The notes under the pieces were generated by a model. The model ran no database searches. It worked only from the letters and a program-made list of their open reading frames with translations, and had not been told where the DNA came from. A stretch of DNA of 64,000 nt from the NCBI GenBank assembly GCA_002269645.1, contig NIVC01003520.1, positions 29,229-93,228 on the forward strand, given 5' to 3'. The stretch's first letter is position 1. Each line of letters starts with the position of its first letter. Shown one piece after another: positions 37,301 to 58,739 of this stretch. The position numbers and the translations under genes were made by a program. Source of the stretch: Macrostomum lignano (taxonomy: Eukaryota).

Positions 37301-39011
37301 GTTAGTAAATGCCCTACTGCCGAAGCTCTCTGGTTGATGGGCGCCAAGTCCAAGTGGCTAGCCGACGACATACCCGGAGCTCGCTATATTCTAGCCAACG
37401 CGTTCAAAGCCAATCCAAATTCCGAGGAGATCTGGCTAGCCGCCGTTCGGCTGGAGAGCGAGAATAACGATTTTGAACGGGCGCGCAAGCTGCTGCTGCG
37501 GGCGCGAAATCAGGCCTCAACGGCTAGGGTGTGGATGAAATCGGCTAGGCTGGAGTGGTGTCTGGGCGAACTGGAGCAGGCTAAAGCGCTTCTAAACGAA
37601 GGCCTGCGCGCTTATCCGCAATTTGACAAGATGTGGATGATGCTGGGACAGATTGCCGAACAGGAGGACAACGTTGAGGCCGCTCGGGCCGCTTATAATG
37701 AAGGCATTCAGCGATGCCGTCAGTCAGTGCCGCTCTGGCTGCTGCTGGCTAGGCTGGAGATGGGCCAGGTGAGCTCCCGACTTTATTTTATTATCGTTAG
37801 GTTTAAGAAATCCTATTCGATTTCGATGTTAATCGGCCTTCGTACATGTACATTCCAGTTAGCTGGGAATCCAGTTCCTTAGAGATTCCAGTTTAGCTGG
37901 GAATCCAGTTCCTTAGAGATACCAGTTAGCTGGAAATCCAGTTCCTTAGAGATTCCAGTTAGCTGGGAATCCAGTTCCTTAGAGATTCCAGTTAGCTGGA
38001 AATCCAGTTCCTTAGAGATTCCAGTTAGCTGGAATCCAGTTCCTTAGAGATACCAGTTAGCTGGAAATCCAGTTCCTTAGAGATTCCAGTTAGCTGGGAA
38101 TCCAGTTCCTTAGAGATTCCAGTTAGCTGGAAATCCAGTTCCTTAGAGATTCCAGTTAGCTGGGAATCCAGTTCCTTAGAGATTCCAGTTAGCTGGAAAT
38201 CCAGTTCCTTAGAGATTCCAGTTAGCTGGAAATCCAGTTCCTTTAAGATTTCGGCTAGCTGAGAATCTAGTTCCTTAGAAATTCCAGTTAGCTGGGAATC
38301 CAGTTCCTTACATTCAAAATAATTCTTTGTCAATTATCCACCCTCTTTTCTCGCCCTTAAATGTTATTTCTCTTAATCTACTAACAGTAAGCCGCAGCGA
38401 GTATTTTTTTCTTCTGAAAAAACTTTCAACCCCTTCCTTGAAAACACGAACTAGGGCCAGGCGACCCGAGCGCGCAGTATCCTGGAACGGGCCCGTGTCA
38501 ACAATCCCGCGTGCCGCAGCTCTGGCTGGAAGCCGTCCGCACCGAACTGAAGTCCGGACAGCCACAGATGGCCGCGGCCACAATGTCCCGCGCTCTGCAG
38601 CAGTGCCCCACAGCCGGCCAGCTATGGGCTGAAGCCATCTTCATGGAGGCCAGGCCGCAGCGGAGAGCGAAATCGGTCGACGCTACTAAGAAATGCGAGC
38701 ACGATCCGCACGTGCTGCTGGCGGTTGGCCGGCTGTTCTGGTGCGAGCGGCAGATTAACAAAGCCCGAGATTGGTTCCAGCGGGCTGTGAAGCTGGACAG
38801 CGACTTCGGCGACGCCTGGGCCAATTGGCGCCGATTTGAACTGCAGCACGGCACCGAGGACCAGCAGAGACGCGTGGCCGCCCTGTGCGAAGCGGCCGAG
38901 CCCAGGCACGGCGAGCTGTGGTGCTCGGTTAGCAAAGTGCCCAGCAACTGGCGACTGCGCACTGCTAAACTGCTGGATCTCGTAGCTGAGAAGGTGGCCA
39001 CGCCCACCTAA
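34335..39011 (+). CDS. PRPF6: Pre-mRNA-processing factor 6 (U5 snRNP 102 kDa, HAT repeats), 3 coding exons, with a 1-nt frameshift in exon 3
   Basis: Exons 34335-35329, 36523-37768 and 38455-39011. Motifs [42 protein letters not shown](R)SEDIW and DSDFGDAW. One base is missing at ~38506-38510 (AAT CCC GC GTG). Confidence 0.96.
35375..36410. repeat. Intronic minisatellite, 19-bp unit AATGAGTGCCAAACTGTCC and variants
   Basis: PRPF6 intron 1. Confidence 0.93.
37850..38310. repeat. Intronic minisatellite, 33-bp unit CCAGTTAGCTGGGAATCCAGTTCCTTAGAGATT
   Basis: PRPF6 intron 2. Confidence 0.93.
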
Positions 39012-39707
39012 TGTCACTTCTAGTTTGTTCGCCTCTGTGTATAAATGTGCATCGCCTCGTGTTATAAACAAGAAAACAATAATAATAACAATCACTGGAA
39101 CCAACAAGTTCGATTAATAGTAATATATAGTAATATAATGTTGTTAAAAATGTCTCTGTCTATAGAGAACAAACCGAAGAAAAAAGTATGCAGGCTATTT
39201 ATTTTGTGTCCTTGTCAATTATTGTTTTTCTGATATATGAATTGATATGAAAGCTACAGAATTAAAGTGTAAAAAGAGGCGGGACATAAGTGGCACTGGA
39301 CAGGATTGATATTTTTATTTTTTTAATAAAACCAATATTTAATAGCTAGGCTGGCAAATTCAGTGAGTTTCAATGCAAAATATCATCTAATCAACTACTT
39401 ACAGTAGCGCAAGTTTTTGTAAATAATCAGGGCGCAATTGTACAAAAAATTATTATCCTCACTTTTTACACACAGACATGTACTCTAATAAATTAGGATT
39501 GAGATGTACAAACAACACAGAGAAAGACGACAACAACAATTAGAAAATAAGAAGGAACTATGTAAGCAGGCACAGAAGCCGATAGAGGGTTTTATTTGTA
39601 CTGTACTTCAAACCATTGATTCAAACCGATCAATACGACAGAGTTAATTAAGTCGCATGAGTAGTAGGCTGCATTTCTAAGAAATCGATGCCCAAGTCGA
39701 ATGGGTC

Positions 39708-48216
<8,509 letters not shown>

Positions 48217-50907
48217 TGGTTGATATGGCAGTGCTGAAATAAGTAGTAGGCCTATTCTGAGCAATAGTTAATAGAATAGAACATCAGTGTGCATAAGTAC
48301 TTTTAAGAAAATCATTGAATAGTAGCTTTGCCTAATGCATCTTATAATAAGATATTTTATTTATTTTGTATGCTCTATATCAATTTTTAAAGATCCAACC
48401 AATATTATAGTGCAGTCTGCAACAAGATCAACAATTTTTTCAAGTACCTGACTGTCAAGAACTTTTACTCAGTTGAGAAGTTGATTATTTTTAATGGGTC
48501 TATATATAGATAATAAGATCTTAGAGATTTAGTATTGCAGGAAATATCAGTATGGCAATGAAATTTCAGCATGGTGTGTTTAACAATTGTACTAGTAACT
48601 TATTTTTCATTTCTTTATAAGTTCATAATTAAGTCTTTATATGTACTTTTCTTTTGATCTAACATTGCATAAAATGTCCTGAAATTGTTTGATACAATAT
48701 ATTCATATAAATCTTTGTATGAAATGACACTATGACAGTGTGACTATAGAAAAAGCTGCATAAAAATGTGCTGATTACTTGCTCAACTTTTCTTGACAAC
48801 TCAACATAAGCACCAAGTCTCAACTTGATACTAAGCTTGACCAAAAATCTATGCTTATTTGGCCTCTAATTTAGCTATTTATATCATTTATTGCCTTACT
48901 AGGCAAGCTATAAATGCTTTATTTTATAGCTATTGCTTAGATATATTATAACTCTTCTAGGCCTTGTCTAAATCTTGAATATATATAGTTAAGGATTTCT
49001 GACTATCTAAGAAACTATCTTCTGACTAAAAGGCAAAATTTGAATTAGGCCTAGGCCTAACTAAAGGAAAGAATAAAATTGAAATTAAAAAAATCTTTTA
49101 TAGAAACGAACTATTTGTTATAAATTGGCTTTCATAGGAAAATTAGAGGCTTTATATCTTTAACAATTGAATCAAAAAATGGGAACTTTTTGGTTCTTAA
49201 CCAATATTTTGTATAAGTAGATATACCTAGGCTATACTAGGCCTATAAGAAATAGTAAAAATTTTGACAAAAATGTTAAAATTTATAAACACAAAAAAGT
49301 TTTAATTTTTATTACTTGACCCATTTTTTTCAAAAGTTGTGTCGTTTTACTTATATAAAGCTTAGTTAGGCAAATGAGATTTATCAAATAATGAAATAGA
49401 ATAGAAAAATTATTCAATTTAAAGACTAACTTTTAAAATCTCACTGCAGTAGAGTACCTTTAATATTAATTAATATAGTGTTAGGCAATTAAAAATTAAC
49501 TAATGATTATTATCACATGATATATAACATAAACTGCCAGCTGACCTACATGTATGTAAGTATATAATTATCAGAATATACTAAATCTCTATAGGAACTG
49601 TCTTTTAAGACTAGGATCTTGCATTTAGGATCTAGCTAATGTAATTATGTAACTTGTGGCAGATTAGGATAAGTCAAAAATTGAAGCCAAGCGAATTTTC
49701 GACAGAGCATAGGCCCTCCGGAGTCTGGCCTCCGCCTCCACTCTCCCCCAATTAGGGTCCTCATCAACACGGGACCCCCTTAATCTCTCCCTCAAACCGA
49801 ATTTCTAATTGCGCCTTCTGTCATTCATTTTTAGTAGTAAAGTCAAGTTTTCTATAAATATTATGTTTTAAAAAGTTACGCCATTTTATTACGCTAATTA
49901 TTATTACGCCAGTCGCTGATATTCTGTACGAATATTAAATATATTTTATATACTCTGTATATTGTATATATCATCATTTTGTTATATGATTTTATAACAA
50001 ATTTTGTTATAAATAATGAGAAAAATATTTGTATACTATAATATAAATACAAATATTATAATAAAGTCAAATAAATTGTTTTCTTGCCTTTGAGCTTTTA
50101 AATTTAATTCAACGTGCTAACTAAGTCGGAGACAAAATCAATCCCAGGCTCAGGAAGTCTTCTAGCTTTATTCGATTTCAAGTAGTAGATATATGGATTA
50201 AAACATGTAGGAATAGCCCCAAGATTGGGAGAATTTAATCCGTTCTTAGAGAACGAGAACCCTAGATTTAGAATCTAGAAAATCGCCTTAGAAGGCAGAC
50301 CACCTACCAGAGGGTAGAGTAGTCCAGACTCAGAGTCTGAGAAACCCGCCTTAAGGGCAGAATATACCCATCAAGTTAAGCTGTGACCCTCTGATCCCGG
50401 GAACGCCCAGGACTGAGAGAATACCCCTTAAAGGAGTAAAATAAGGAATATAGGATAGGGTAGACCGTAGGACCGCTCAGGCCAGAAGTAGATACGCTAC
50501 CAATATAAAATAAATACATGTACGCTACCAGTAGATATACATTAAGTATACAGGCATTATTAAATTCATGCGCTACCTATAAAAGTACATAAAATTAATA
50601 ACTCTAGCACTAGCAGTAAGATATTATTACAGTGAGAAGCGAAACCCCTGAAACAACTTTGGTGTGACAGCCGAGGGGATTATTCTTGAAGACAGAAGTA
50701 TAACGCCTACCACAAAAGCAATACAAAACTTGTTTTTATGAAATTTTGTCTCGTGTCTTAAGCAAGATGACAGCAAATTACTTCAGGCATGATGATTTAC
50801 TCATAATGTAAACATAAAGCTGTTTGAAACTATATAAATCCAACTAGATGTTCTATCCGAGGTCCGATCTGACTGAATTTTTCATGTAGCTAGCAATTCC
50901 GACGCTA

Positions 50908-53900
50908 ATGCGATTGCTAACTAATCACATTTCAGCCGCTAGTTGTCTGATTCTAGCGGTTGCTTCCTGTTTTGGACGCTATACCGACAACTGTAAGTGT
51001 ATGAACTTCCACTTAACTTCAAGAACTAATCCGAGTGTAGTCGCCTGGAGAATTCAAATTACACACGTACGAAATGTCGCTTTAGCTAACTATAGCTGGT
51101 AAAAGTAAAAGGGCGCTGCAGGGGTGTAGGCAAGGGGACACTGGGGACATGTCCCCCCTGGAAGGGGGATATTTAATTTTTTTACTGTCTTTGTATTTTG
51201 CTTCCATCGCTTCCATCGGAGATGGATTTATGTCTCTGCCCCCCCCCCCTGATGTGAATCCTGGCTACGCGCCTAGGCACTACTGTACCGTGCCGTGCCA
51301 AGCAGCTTTGGCGTTCTTGTAGACGGTCTGGTTCTGTCGACACATCTCTGCTGTGTCTCTCACATTTCTGCTGTGTCTCTCACATTTCTGCTGTGTCTCT
51401 CACATCTCTGCTGTGTCTCTCACATCTCTGCTGTGTCTCTCACATCTCTGCTGTGTCTCTCACATCTCTGCTGTGTCTCTCACATCTCTGCTGTGTCTCT
51501 CACATCTCTGCTGTGTCTCTCACATCTCTGCTGTGTCTCTCACATCTCTGCTGTGTCTCTCACATCTCTGTTGTACATCTCTGCTGTGTCTCTCACATTT
51601 CTGCTGTGTCTCTCACATCTCTGCTGTGTCTCTCACATTTCTGCTGTGTCTCTCACATCTCTGCTGTGTCTCTCACATCTCTGCTGTGTCTCTCACATCT
51701 CTGCTGTGTCTCTCACATCTCTGCTGTGTCTCTCACATCTCTGCTGTGTCTCTCACATCTCTGCTGTGTCTCTCACATCTCTGCTGTGTCTCTCACATCT
51801 CTGCTGTGTCTCTCACATCTCTGCTGTGTCTCTCACATCTCTGCTGTGTCTCTCACATCTCTGCTGTGTCTCTCACATCTCTGCTGTGTCTCTCACATCT
51901 CTGCTGTGTCTCTCACATCTCTGCTGTGTCTCTCACATCTCTGCTGTGTCTCTCACATCTCTACTGTGTCTCTCACATCTCTGCTGTGTCTCTCACATCT
52001 CTACTGTGTCTCTCACATCTCTACTGTGTCTCTCACATCTCTGCTGTGTCTCTCACATCTCTACTGTGTCTCTCACATCTCTGCTGTGTCTCTCACATCT
52101 CTACTGTGTCTCTCACATCTCTACTGTGTCTCTCACATCTCTGCTGTGTCTCTCACATCTCTACTGTGTCTCTCACTCACATATCTCGATCTATACAGTG
52201 TCTCTCACATCTCGTATATCTGTAATTTCACAATGCCTCTACAGGCGAGTTGCCAGTTCGCAAGCGTTATATGGAGGCAAGTTGGCAGACCTCGAGTGAT
52301 CCTTCGGCTTCCTGCTTTAACAATAGAAACTCCACAGCCGAGTCTGTTGCCATAGGCTCCACTAGATACTTTCGCACGTCTGTCAACTCCGAAAATCTTC
52401 ATTGGTTTGTTGTAAAGTTTGTGAAGCCTCTGCCACTGGCGTCCGTTACTATTGTGTCCTGCAGCAGTGAGGGAGGTGAGCTGTAGACAATTCTGGTGTG
52501 TGTGGTGAATAAGTGCATTAACTCACTGGCTGTGGTGATTCACTGACTGTGGTGACTCACTGCTGACTGCCGTGACTCATTGACTGCGGTGACTCATTGA
52601 CTGCGGTGACCACTGACTGCGGTGACTCATTGACTGTGGTGACTCACTGCTGACTGCGGTGACTCACTGACTGTAGTGACTCACTGACTGCGGTGACTCA
52701 CTGACTGCAGTGACTCACTAACTGCGGTGACTCATTGACTGTGGTGACTCACTGCTGACTGCGGTGACTCACTGACTGTAGTGACTCACTGACTGCGGTG
52801 ACTCATTGACTGTGGTGACTCACTGCTGACTGCGGTGACTCACTGACTGCGGTGGCTCACTGACTGTGGTGACTCACTGACTGCGGTGACTCCGAAAATC
52901 TTCATTGGTTTGTTGTAAAGTTTGTGAAGCCTCTGCCACTGGCGTCCGTTACTATTGTGTCCTGCAGCAGTGAGGGAGGTGAGCTGTAGACAATTCTGGT
53001 GTGTGTGGTGAATAAGTGCATTAACTCACTGGCTGTGGTGATTCACTGACTGTGGTGACTCACTGCTGACTGCGGTGACTCATTGACTGCGGTGACCACT
53101 GACTGCGGTGACTCACTGCTGACTGCGGTGACTCATTGACTGCGGTGACTCATTGACTGCGGTGACTCATTGACTGCGGTGACCACTGACTGCGGTGACT
53201 CACTGACTGCAGTGACTCACTAACTGCGGTGACTCATTGACTGTGGTGACTCACTGCTGACTGCGGTGACTCACTGACTGTAGTGACTCACTGACTGCGG
53301 TGACTCACTGACTGCAGTGACTCACTAACTGCGGTGACTCATTGACTGTGGTGACTCACTGCTGACTGCGGTGACTCACTGACTGCGGTGACTCACTGAC
53401 TGCAGTGACTCACTAACTGCGGTGACTCATTGACTGTGGTGACTCACTGCTGACTGCGGTGACTCACTGACTGCGGTGACTCACTGACTGCGGTGACTCA
53501 TTGACTGTGGTGACTCACTGCTGACTGCGGTGACTCACTGACTGCGGTGGCTCACTGACTGTGGTGACTCACTGACTGCGGTGACTCACTGACTGCGGTG
53601 ACTCATTGACTGTGGTGACTCACTGACTGCGGTGACTCACTGACTGTGGTGACTCACTGACTGTGGTGACTCACTGACTGCGGTGACTCACTGACTGCGG
53701 TGACTCACTGACTGCGGTGACTCACTGACTGCGGTGACTCACTGACTGTGGTGACTCATTGACTGCGGTGACTCATTGACTGCGGTACGTGACTCACTAA
53801 CTGCGGTGACTCATTGACTGTGGTGACTCACTGCTGACTGCGGTGACTCACTGACTGTAGTGACTCACTGACTGCGGTGACTCACTGACTGCAGTGACTC

Positions 53901-56900
53901 ACTAACTGCGGTGACTCATTGACTGTGGTGACTCACTGCTGACTGCGGTGACTCACTGACTGTAGTGACTCACTGACTGCGGTGACTCACTGACTGCAGT
54001 GACTCACTAACTGCGGTGACTCATTGACTGTGGTGACTCACTGCTGACTGCGGTGACTCACTGACTGTAGTGACTCACTGACTGCGGTGACTCATTGACT
54101 GTGGTGACTCACTGCTGACTGCGGTGACTCACTGACTGCGGTGGCTCACTGACTGTGGTGACTCACTGACTGCGGTGACTCACTGACTGCGGTGACTCAT
54201 TGACTGTGGTGACTCACTGACTGCGGTGACTCACTGACTGTGGTGACTCACTGACTGCGGTGACTCACTGACTGCGGTGACTCACTGACTGCGGTGACTC
54301 ACTGACTGCGGTGACTCACTGACTGCGGTGACTCACTGACTGTGGTGACTCATTGACTGCGGTGACTCATTGACTGCGGTACGTGACTCACTAACTGCGG
54401 TGACTCATTGACTGTGGTGACTCACTGACTGCGGTGACTCACTGACTGTGGTGACTCACTGACTGCGGTGACTCACTGACTGTGGTGACTCACTGACTGC
54501 GGTGACTCACTGACTGCGGTGACTCACTGACTGTGGTGACTCACTGACTGCGGTGACTCACTGACTGCGGTGACTCACTGACTGCGGTGACTCACTGACT
54601 GCGGTGACTCACTGACTGTGGTGACTCATTGACTGCGGTGACTCATTGACTGCGGTACGTGACTCACTAACTGCGGTGACTCATTGACTGTGGTGACTCA
54701 CTGACTGCGGTGACTCACTGACTGTGGTGACTCATTGACTGTGGTGACTCACTATACAGTAACTGCAAAGCTGCAATGATGGCTACAACTAAGTATATTA
54801 ATTGCGTGACCTCAAAAGTCAGCCTGGACTGTTGAATTGTTTTAATTTTTTAGACCGCAAACTTAGAGACGACATCGAGGTGTGGATCTCAGCCGCCAGC
54901 CAGTTAGACTTTGGCTCTGACCACTGCACAGCAGACCCGAAAATAATTTATAATTTTTTTCGAACGAGATTTAAACTGCGCTGCAATCTCGCACAAACTA
55001 CCGACCGGAGGGCGGATACAAACTGGACCACCGACTGCACTCAGAGTCCTCATCACGTGAGTTTCACAAGCTCGCATTTTAGCTTATCTGGATATGAATA
55101 TTAATGCATGTAAGACGCATTTTTGCACCATTTTTTGAGGCGCGATTTCTGGTTCTGCTAAAACAAAATGATGCCCCAATGGGCTTCTCTGATCTTCGCG
55201 TGCAGTTGCGATCTGTCGAAGGTAAGGTTTCGAGAGATCTTGGACTGCGATTCTGAAGCAGCACCATTTTCCAAAGAACCAAAATAACATGCATATAGTA
55301 GACTGGGAGACTGTTGAAACCACAACAGAGGGTCAATTAGATCTCTGAAGGACAAATACATGTATTCAATACATCTATACGAATACATGTGTGCCACTTG
55401 GAAACGTTAAAAGGTAGTTAAAAGCTCACTCCATTGCCGCTTCGAAGTTACCAAAAGACCCCAGAAAGTAGAAAATTACAGACATATAGGAAGTTATATA
55501 ACAAGATGTAGGACCAAAAGCGACTTTTAGGACATTGGAAGGTTCTATTTATACTTCAGGACATTGGGAGCTACTTTGAGACATCAAAAGTTGTACATAC
55601 TAAGACAGTAGATGCTTCTTAAGACCTTCAAAAGCTTTTAAACGCAAGAAAATGCCTGGAATTAAGCTCTAAAACCTTGAAAGCCAGTTGAGAAATCACT
55701 GATGATTAAAATTCTAAAGCAGTCAAGGTAAATCGCCGCTATTGCATTCAAAAGCTCCCGCAGCCGAGCTGTCGCTGAACCGCAGCGTACCAGCAAAATC
55801 AAATTTCTCCGTTGACTGCAGCAAATCCTGCGGCCACAGGTCCGGAGTGCAGGGCCTGCAGCTCTGCCTGCCTAACGGCACCTGCAACCCGCTAGGCCGA
55901 GCCGACATTAGCTCGGCTAATCAACAAGATTCTGGCAGCTACATGTGTCGGGATGGAGAACACTTTTCCGAGCTGGTGGCTTTCGTGCATGTAACTGCAG
56001 CTGGTAAGAAATAGGTTCTAGATGATGGCATGGGATCAACTCGAGGGCAAAGTAAGCCCTACAGCAGGTGTCGGCACGCAAAACCTCTCAATCCGGTCCT
56101 CGGGTCCTTTTTGAAACTTCACGATAGCAACCCGGCCTGCTCAAGTTTGTCTCTTCCCTCATCTGTTCTCTTCTCTCTACCCTTCTCCCTCCCGCCTCTA
56201 GCTATTTATCATTTTCTCTCATCTCTTCTCTCCTTCAACCTCTCATCTCTTTTCTATGGGATGTACACCGATGAGGACTAAATCACGGGGCAAGAGAGTG
56301 TGTACATACCGGACGATGGCAAAGTCAGGGCCACTGTACACCCAAAGTGAGCGTGTGCCCTCGTATCTATATGCGCGTGAGCGTGCTCATGGGCCAGCAA
56401 ATAGACACGACTGCTTGCCTCTTTGCTGACTGGGGGGAGGGGGGGTCGAGTGTTGCTTGTACATGGCACATGTCGATTCTGAGGGGTTACTCCTTTTACA
56501 ACTCTACTGCTGATTCTAACTAAACACTATATAGCTGCATGTAGTTGTAAATAACTGAAGTTGAAAACCATGATGATTTCATTTCAGAGCAGCCACTCCA
56601 TCCAGTGAAACAGCCGATAGGCACACAATTTCTTGTCGCAGTGATCGCCCTAGTAGTAACTGTGTCGCTCATTATCATTGCAAGCTTTGGAGCCTTAAAG
56701 GTGAGATATTTAAACTTTAGAGCGTAGATACTCGGAAGGACCTGCTTAACAATTATAAGTATAGCCGATTCAAGAAGCTTTCCTAGTCATTTCCGCTAGC
56801 TCAAAACTGGACAATTTTATCGATTTAGTTTATAAAATAAAATTTCGAGCTTGTGAATTGCCCCAGCCGGCTGCAGGAGCAGCTCAGCGGCAAAGGCGTG

Positions 56901-57320
56901 CGACTCTCGCGACTTTTCATGCGGTTCACACCCTTAAGGGCAATTGCTCTAAGGCACAGAGAGTGACCTACTGATGGTTGGAAAGTCAGAGCCGCTGTGC
57001 AGCCTGTGTGAGCGTGTGTATTATGATAGCGTGCCTGCGTGCAGTGTTGGCGCGCTTTACTTTAGAATGCTCAGCCTCAATTACCGCTGGTTGCGAAAGG
57101 ATCTCACCGAAGGCGTTCCTACAATATTTATATCATTATAACACCCGAGTCTATCGCATAGCTAAGATAATTTGAAACATAATTATTGCAGATCCTTCGT
57201 AATCGACCAGCATCAGGGCAGCAGAATCCGATGGAGTACGAACAGCCAGTGAGGCTAAAAGCCTCAGGCTGTTCAACCACAGTCGCTGCAGAGCCTTCGA
57301 CCGCCGCGATGGTGAGCTAG
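50908..57320 (+). CDS. Putative type-I membrane receptor: signal peptide, F-type-lectin/discoidin-like domain, Ig-like domain, TM, Tyr-containing tail (~363 aa, 7 exons)
   Basis: Exons 50908-50992, 52245-52475, 54854-55056, 55140-55221, 55755-56003, 56588-56700 and 57192-57320 all join in frame (phases 1,1,0,1,1,0). Signal peptide MRLLTNHISAASCLILAVASCFG; Ig motif DSGSYMC; TM FLVAVIALVVTVSLIIIASFGAL; tail YEQP. Confidence 0.72.
51119..51274. mobile_element. Degenerate ~155-bp TIR element in receptor intron 1
   Basis: CAGGGGTGTAGGCAAGG...CCTGGCTACGCGCCT imperfect inverted ends with C-rich internal tracts. Confidence 0.45.
51347..52190. repeat. Intronic minisatellite, 20-bp unit CTGCTGTGTCTCTCACATCT
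   Basis: Receptor intron 1. Confidence 0.96.
52530..54752. repeat. Intronic minisatellite, 17-bp unit GACTCACTGACTGCGGT, interrupted by a duplicated partial exon
   Basis: Receptor intron 2; unique block repeated at 52889-53050. Confidence 0.95.
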
Positions 57321-58276
57321 GAGCAGTTGTATATGAGTTACATGTATCATAAACTTCAGGCATCTGTTCTTGGAATTATGGGTGCCGATCCGTACATACA
57401 AGGACTGTGACGTCCCTGTACAGTCCGATCAAGGACGACTAAAGTAACGTACTCAAGTAGTCCTTGAGTCCGATTTGTATAAGAACTGTGATCTGTACAA
57501 TCCGATTCGTATAGCTCGTAGGACTTATGATTGTAGCAGATGTACAATGGCGGCATAAATAGCCACAAGTGTCTGGTGTCTATAGATTGTATAGCCTGCG
57601 GCTGTACAAGAAATATGAATGCTTATTGGAAAATTGCTGAGTAATACGGGGGTTGTAAAGGATGTACATGCACGACTTTGAGTGCAGTATAACAGTTACA
57701 GTAACTGATGGCGCAGTGCTCTCTGAACTCTCTAAAATACGACAAGTGTGCTGGGAGCATGATTGATAATTACATAAAGATTGTACCAGAAACCGAATTT
57801 AAAAGTATATACTCTCGCCAACCACAAATATTAATCTGACAGGCCGAAACATACGCGGATATCTACTGCGACGAGTGAGCGAGTCCGGTTTGAATTCGAA
57901 TATTCCAATATAAATTTTATGAATTATATTTACCTTATATTTATCTCTGTATTTGCTCTCGAGCGGTGCATAGTGAACCTTTTTGAATTCGATTAAATTG
58001 GCGAAATTTACTGTTCAAAGCCACGTACAAAAAATGTTTATCCAAGTCTGCGGCTTCGAACTCGCTGTATCTTGCTATTAAAGACATCCTCGTAGTTCTA
58101 AGTTTATCAAGCTTCATCGCACACATGAATTCATATCGATGGCTCAGCTCAATATAAGGCCCGATCAACAATTTGACGATCTAAAATTGTGGGCCGAACA
58201 CCTTATATTAGGAAACTTTTGTATCCAAGATATTATTAACATCTGTATTCTTCTCCCTATTGACTTTCAGTTGGAA

Positions 58277-58703
58277 GGGATTAATGCCCAGTCTCAGTTG
58301 AGAGGATTAGTGCCCAGTCTCAGTTGAGAGGATTAGTGCCCAGTCTCAGTTGAGAGGATTAGTGCCCAGTCTCAGTTGAGAGGATTAGTGCCCAGTCTCA
58401 GTTGAGAGGATTAGTGCCCAGTCTCAGTTGAGAGGATTAGTGCCCAGTCTCAGTTGAGAGGATTAGTGCCCAGTCTCAGTTGAGAGGATTAGTGCCCAGT
58501 CTCAGTTGAGAGGATTAGTGCCCAGTCTCAGTTGAGAGGATTAGTGCCGAGGATTAGTGCCGAGACTGTTGAAAGGATTAGTGCCCAGTCTCAGTTGAAA
58601 GGATTAGTGCCGAGGATTAGTGCCGAGTCTCAGTTGAGAGGATTAGTGCCCAGTCTCAGTTGAGAGGATTAGTGCCCAGTCTCAGTTAAGAGGATTAGTG
58701 CCC
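58277..58703. repeat. Minisatellite, 26-bp unit GATTAGTGCCCAGTCTCAGTTGAGAG
   Basis: Ends abruptly at the putative viral element terminus. Confidence 0.95.
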
Positions 58704-58739
58704 AGTAGAAGGCATGAGGGGGCTTTTGGGACAAAATTT

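Noticed and set aside
34253-39107. Overlapping or antisense ORFs across PRPF6 (and similarly across INTS2, the RTE and the DIRS pol)
   Set aside because: Shadow ORFs expected from GC-rich coding sequence.
50150-50650. Possible solo LTR or retroelement relic with short repeated motifs
   Set aside because: No TG..CA ends, TSD, PBS or coding homology could be established by eye.
57360-57443. ITIM-like SLYSPI in the receptor tail
   Set aside because: It lies in a frame needing a phase-1 donor; the available donor at 57312 is phase 0.
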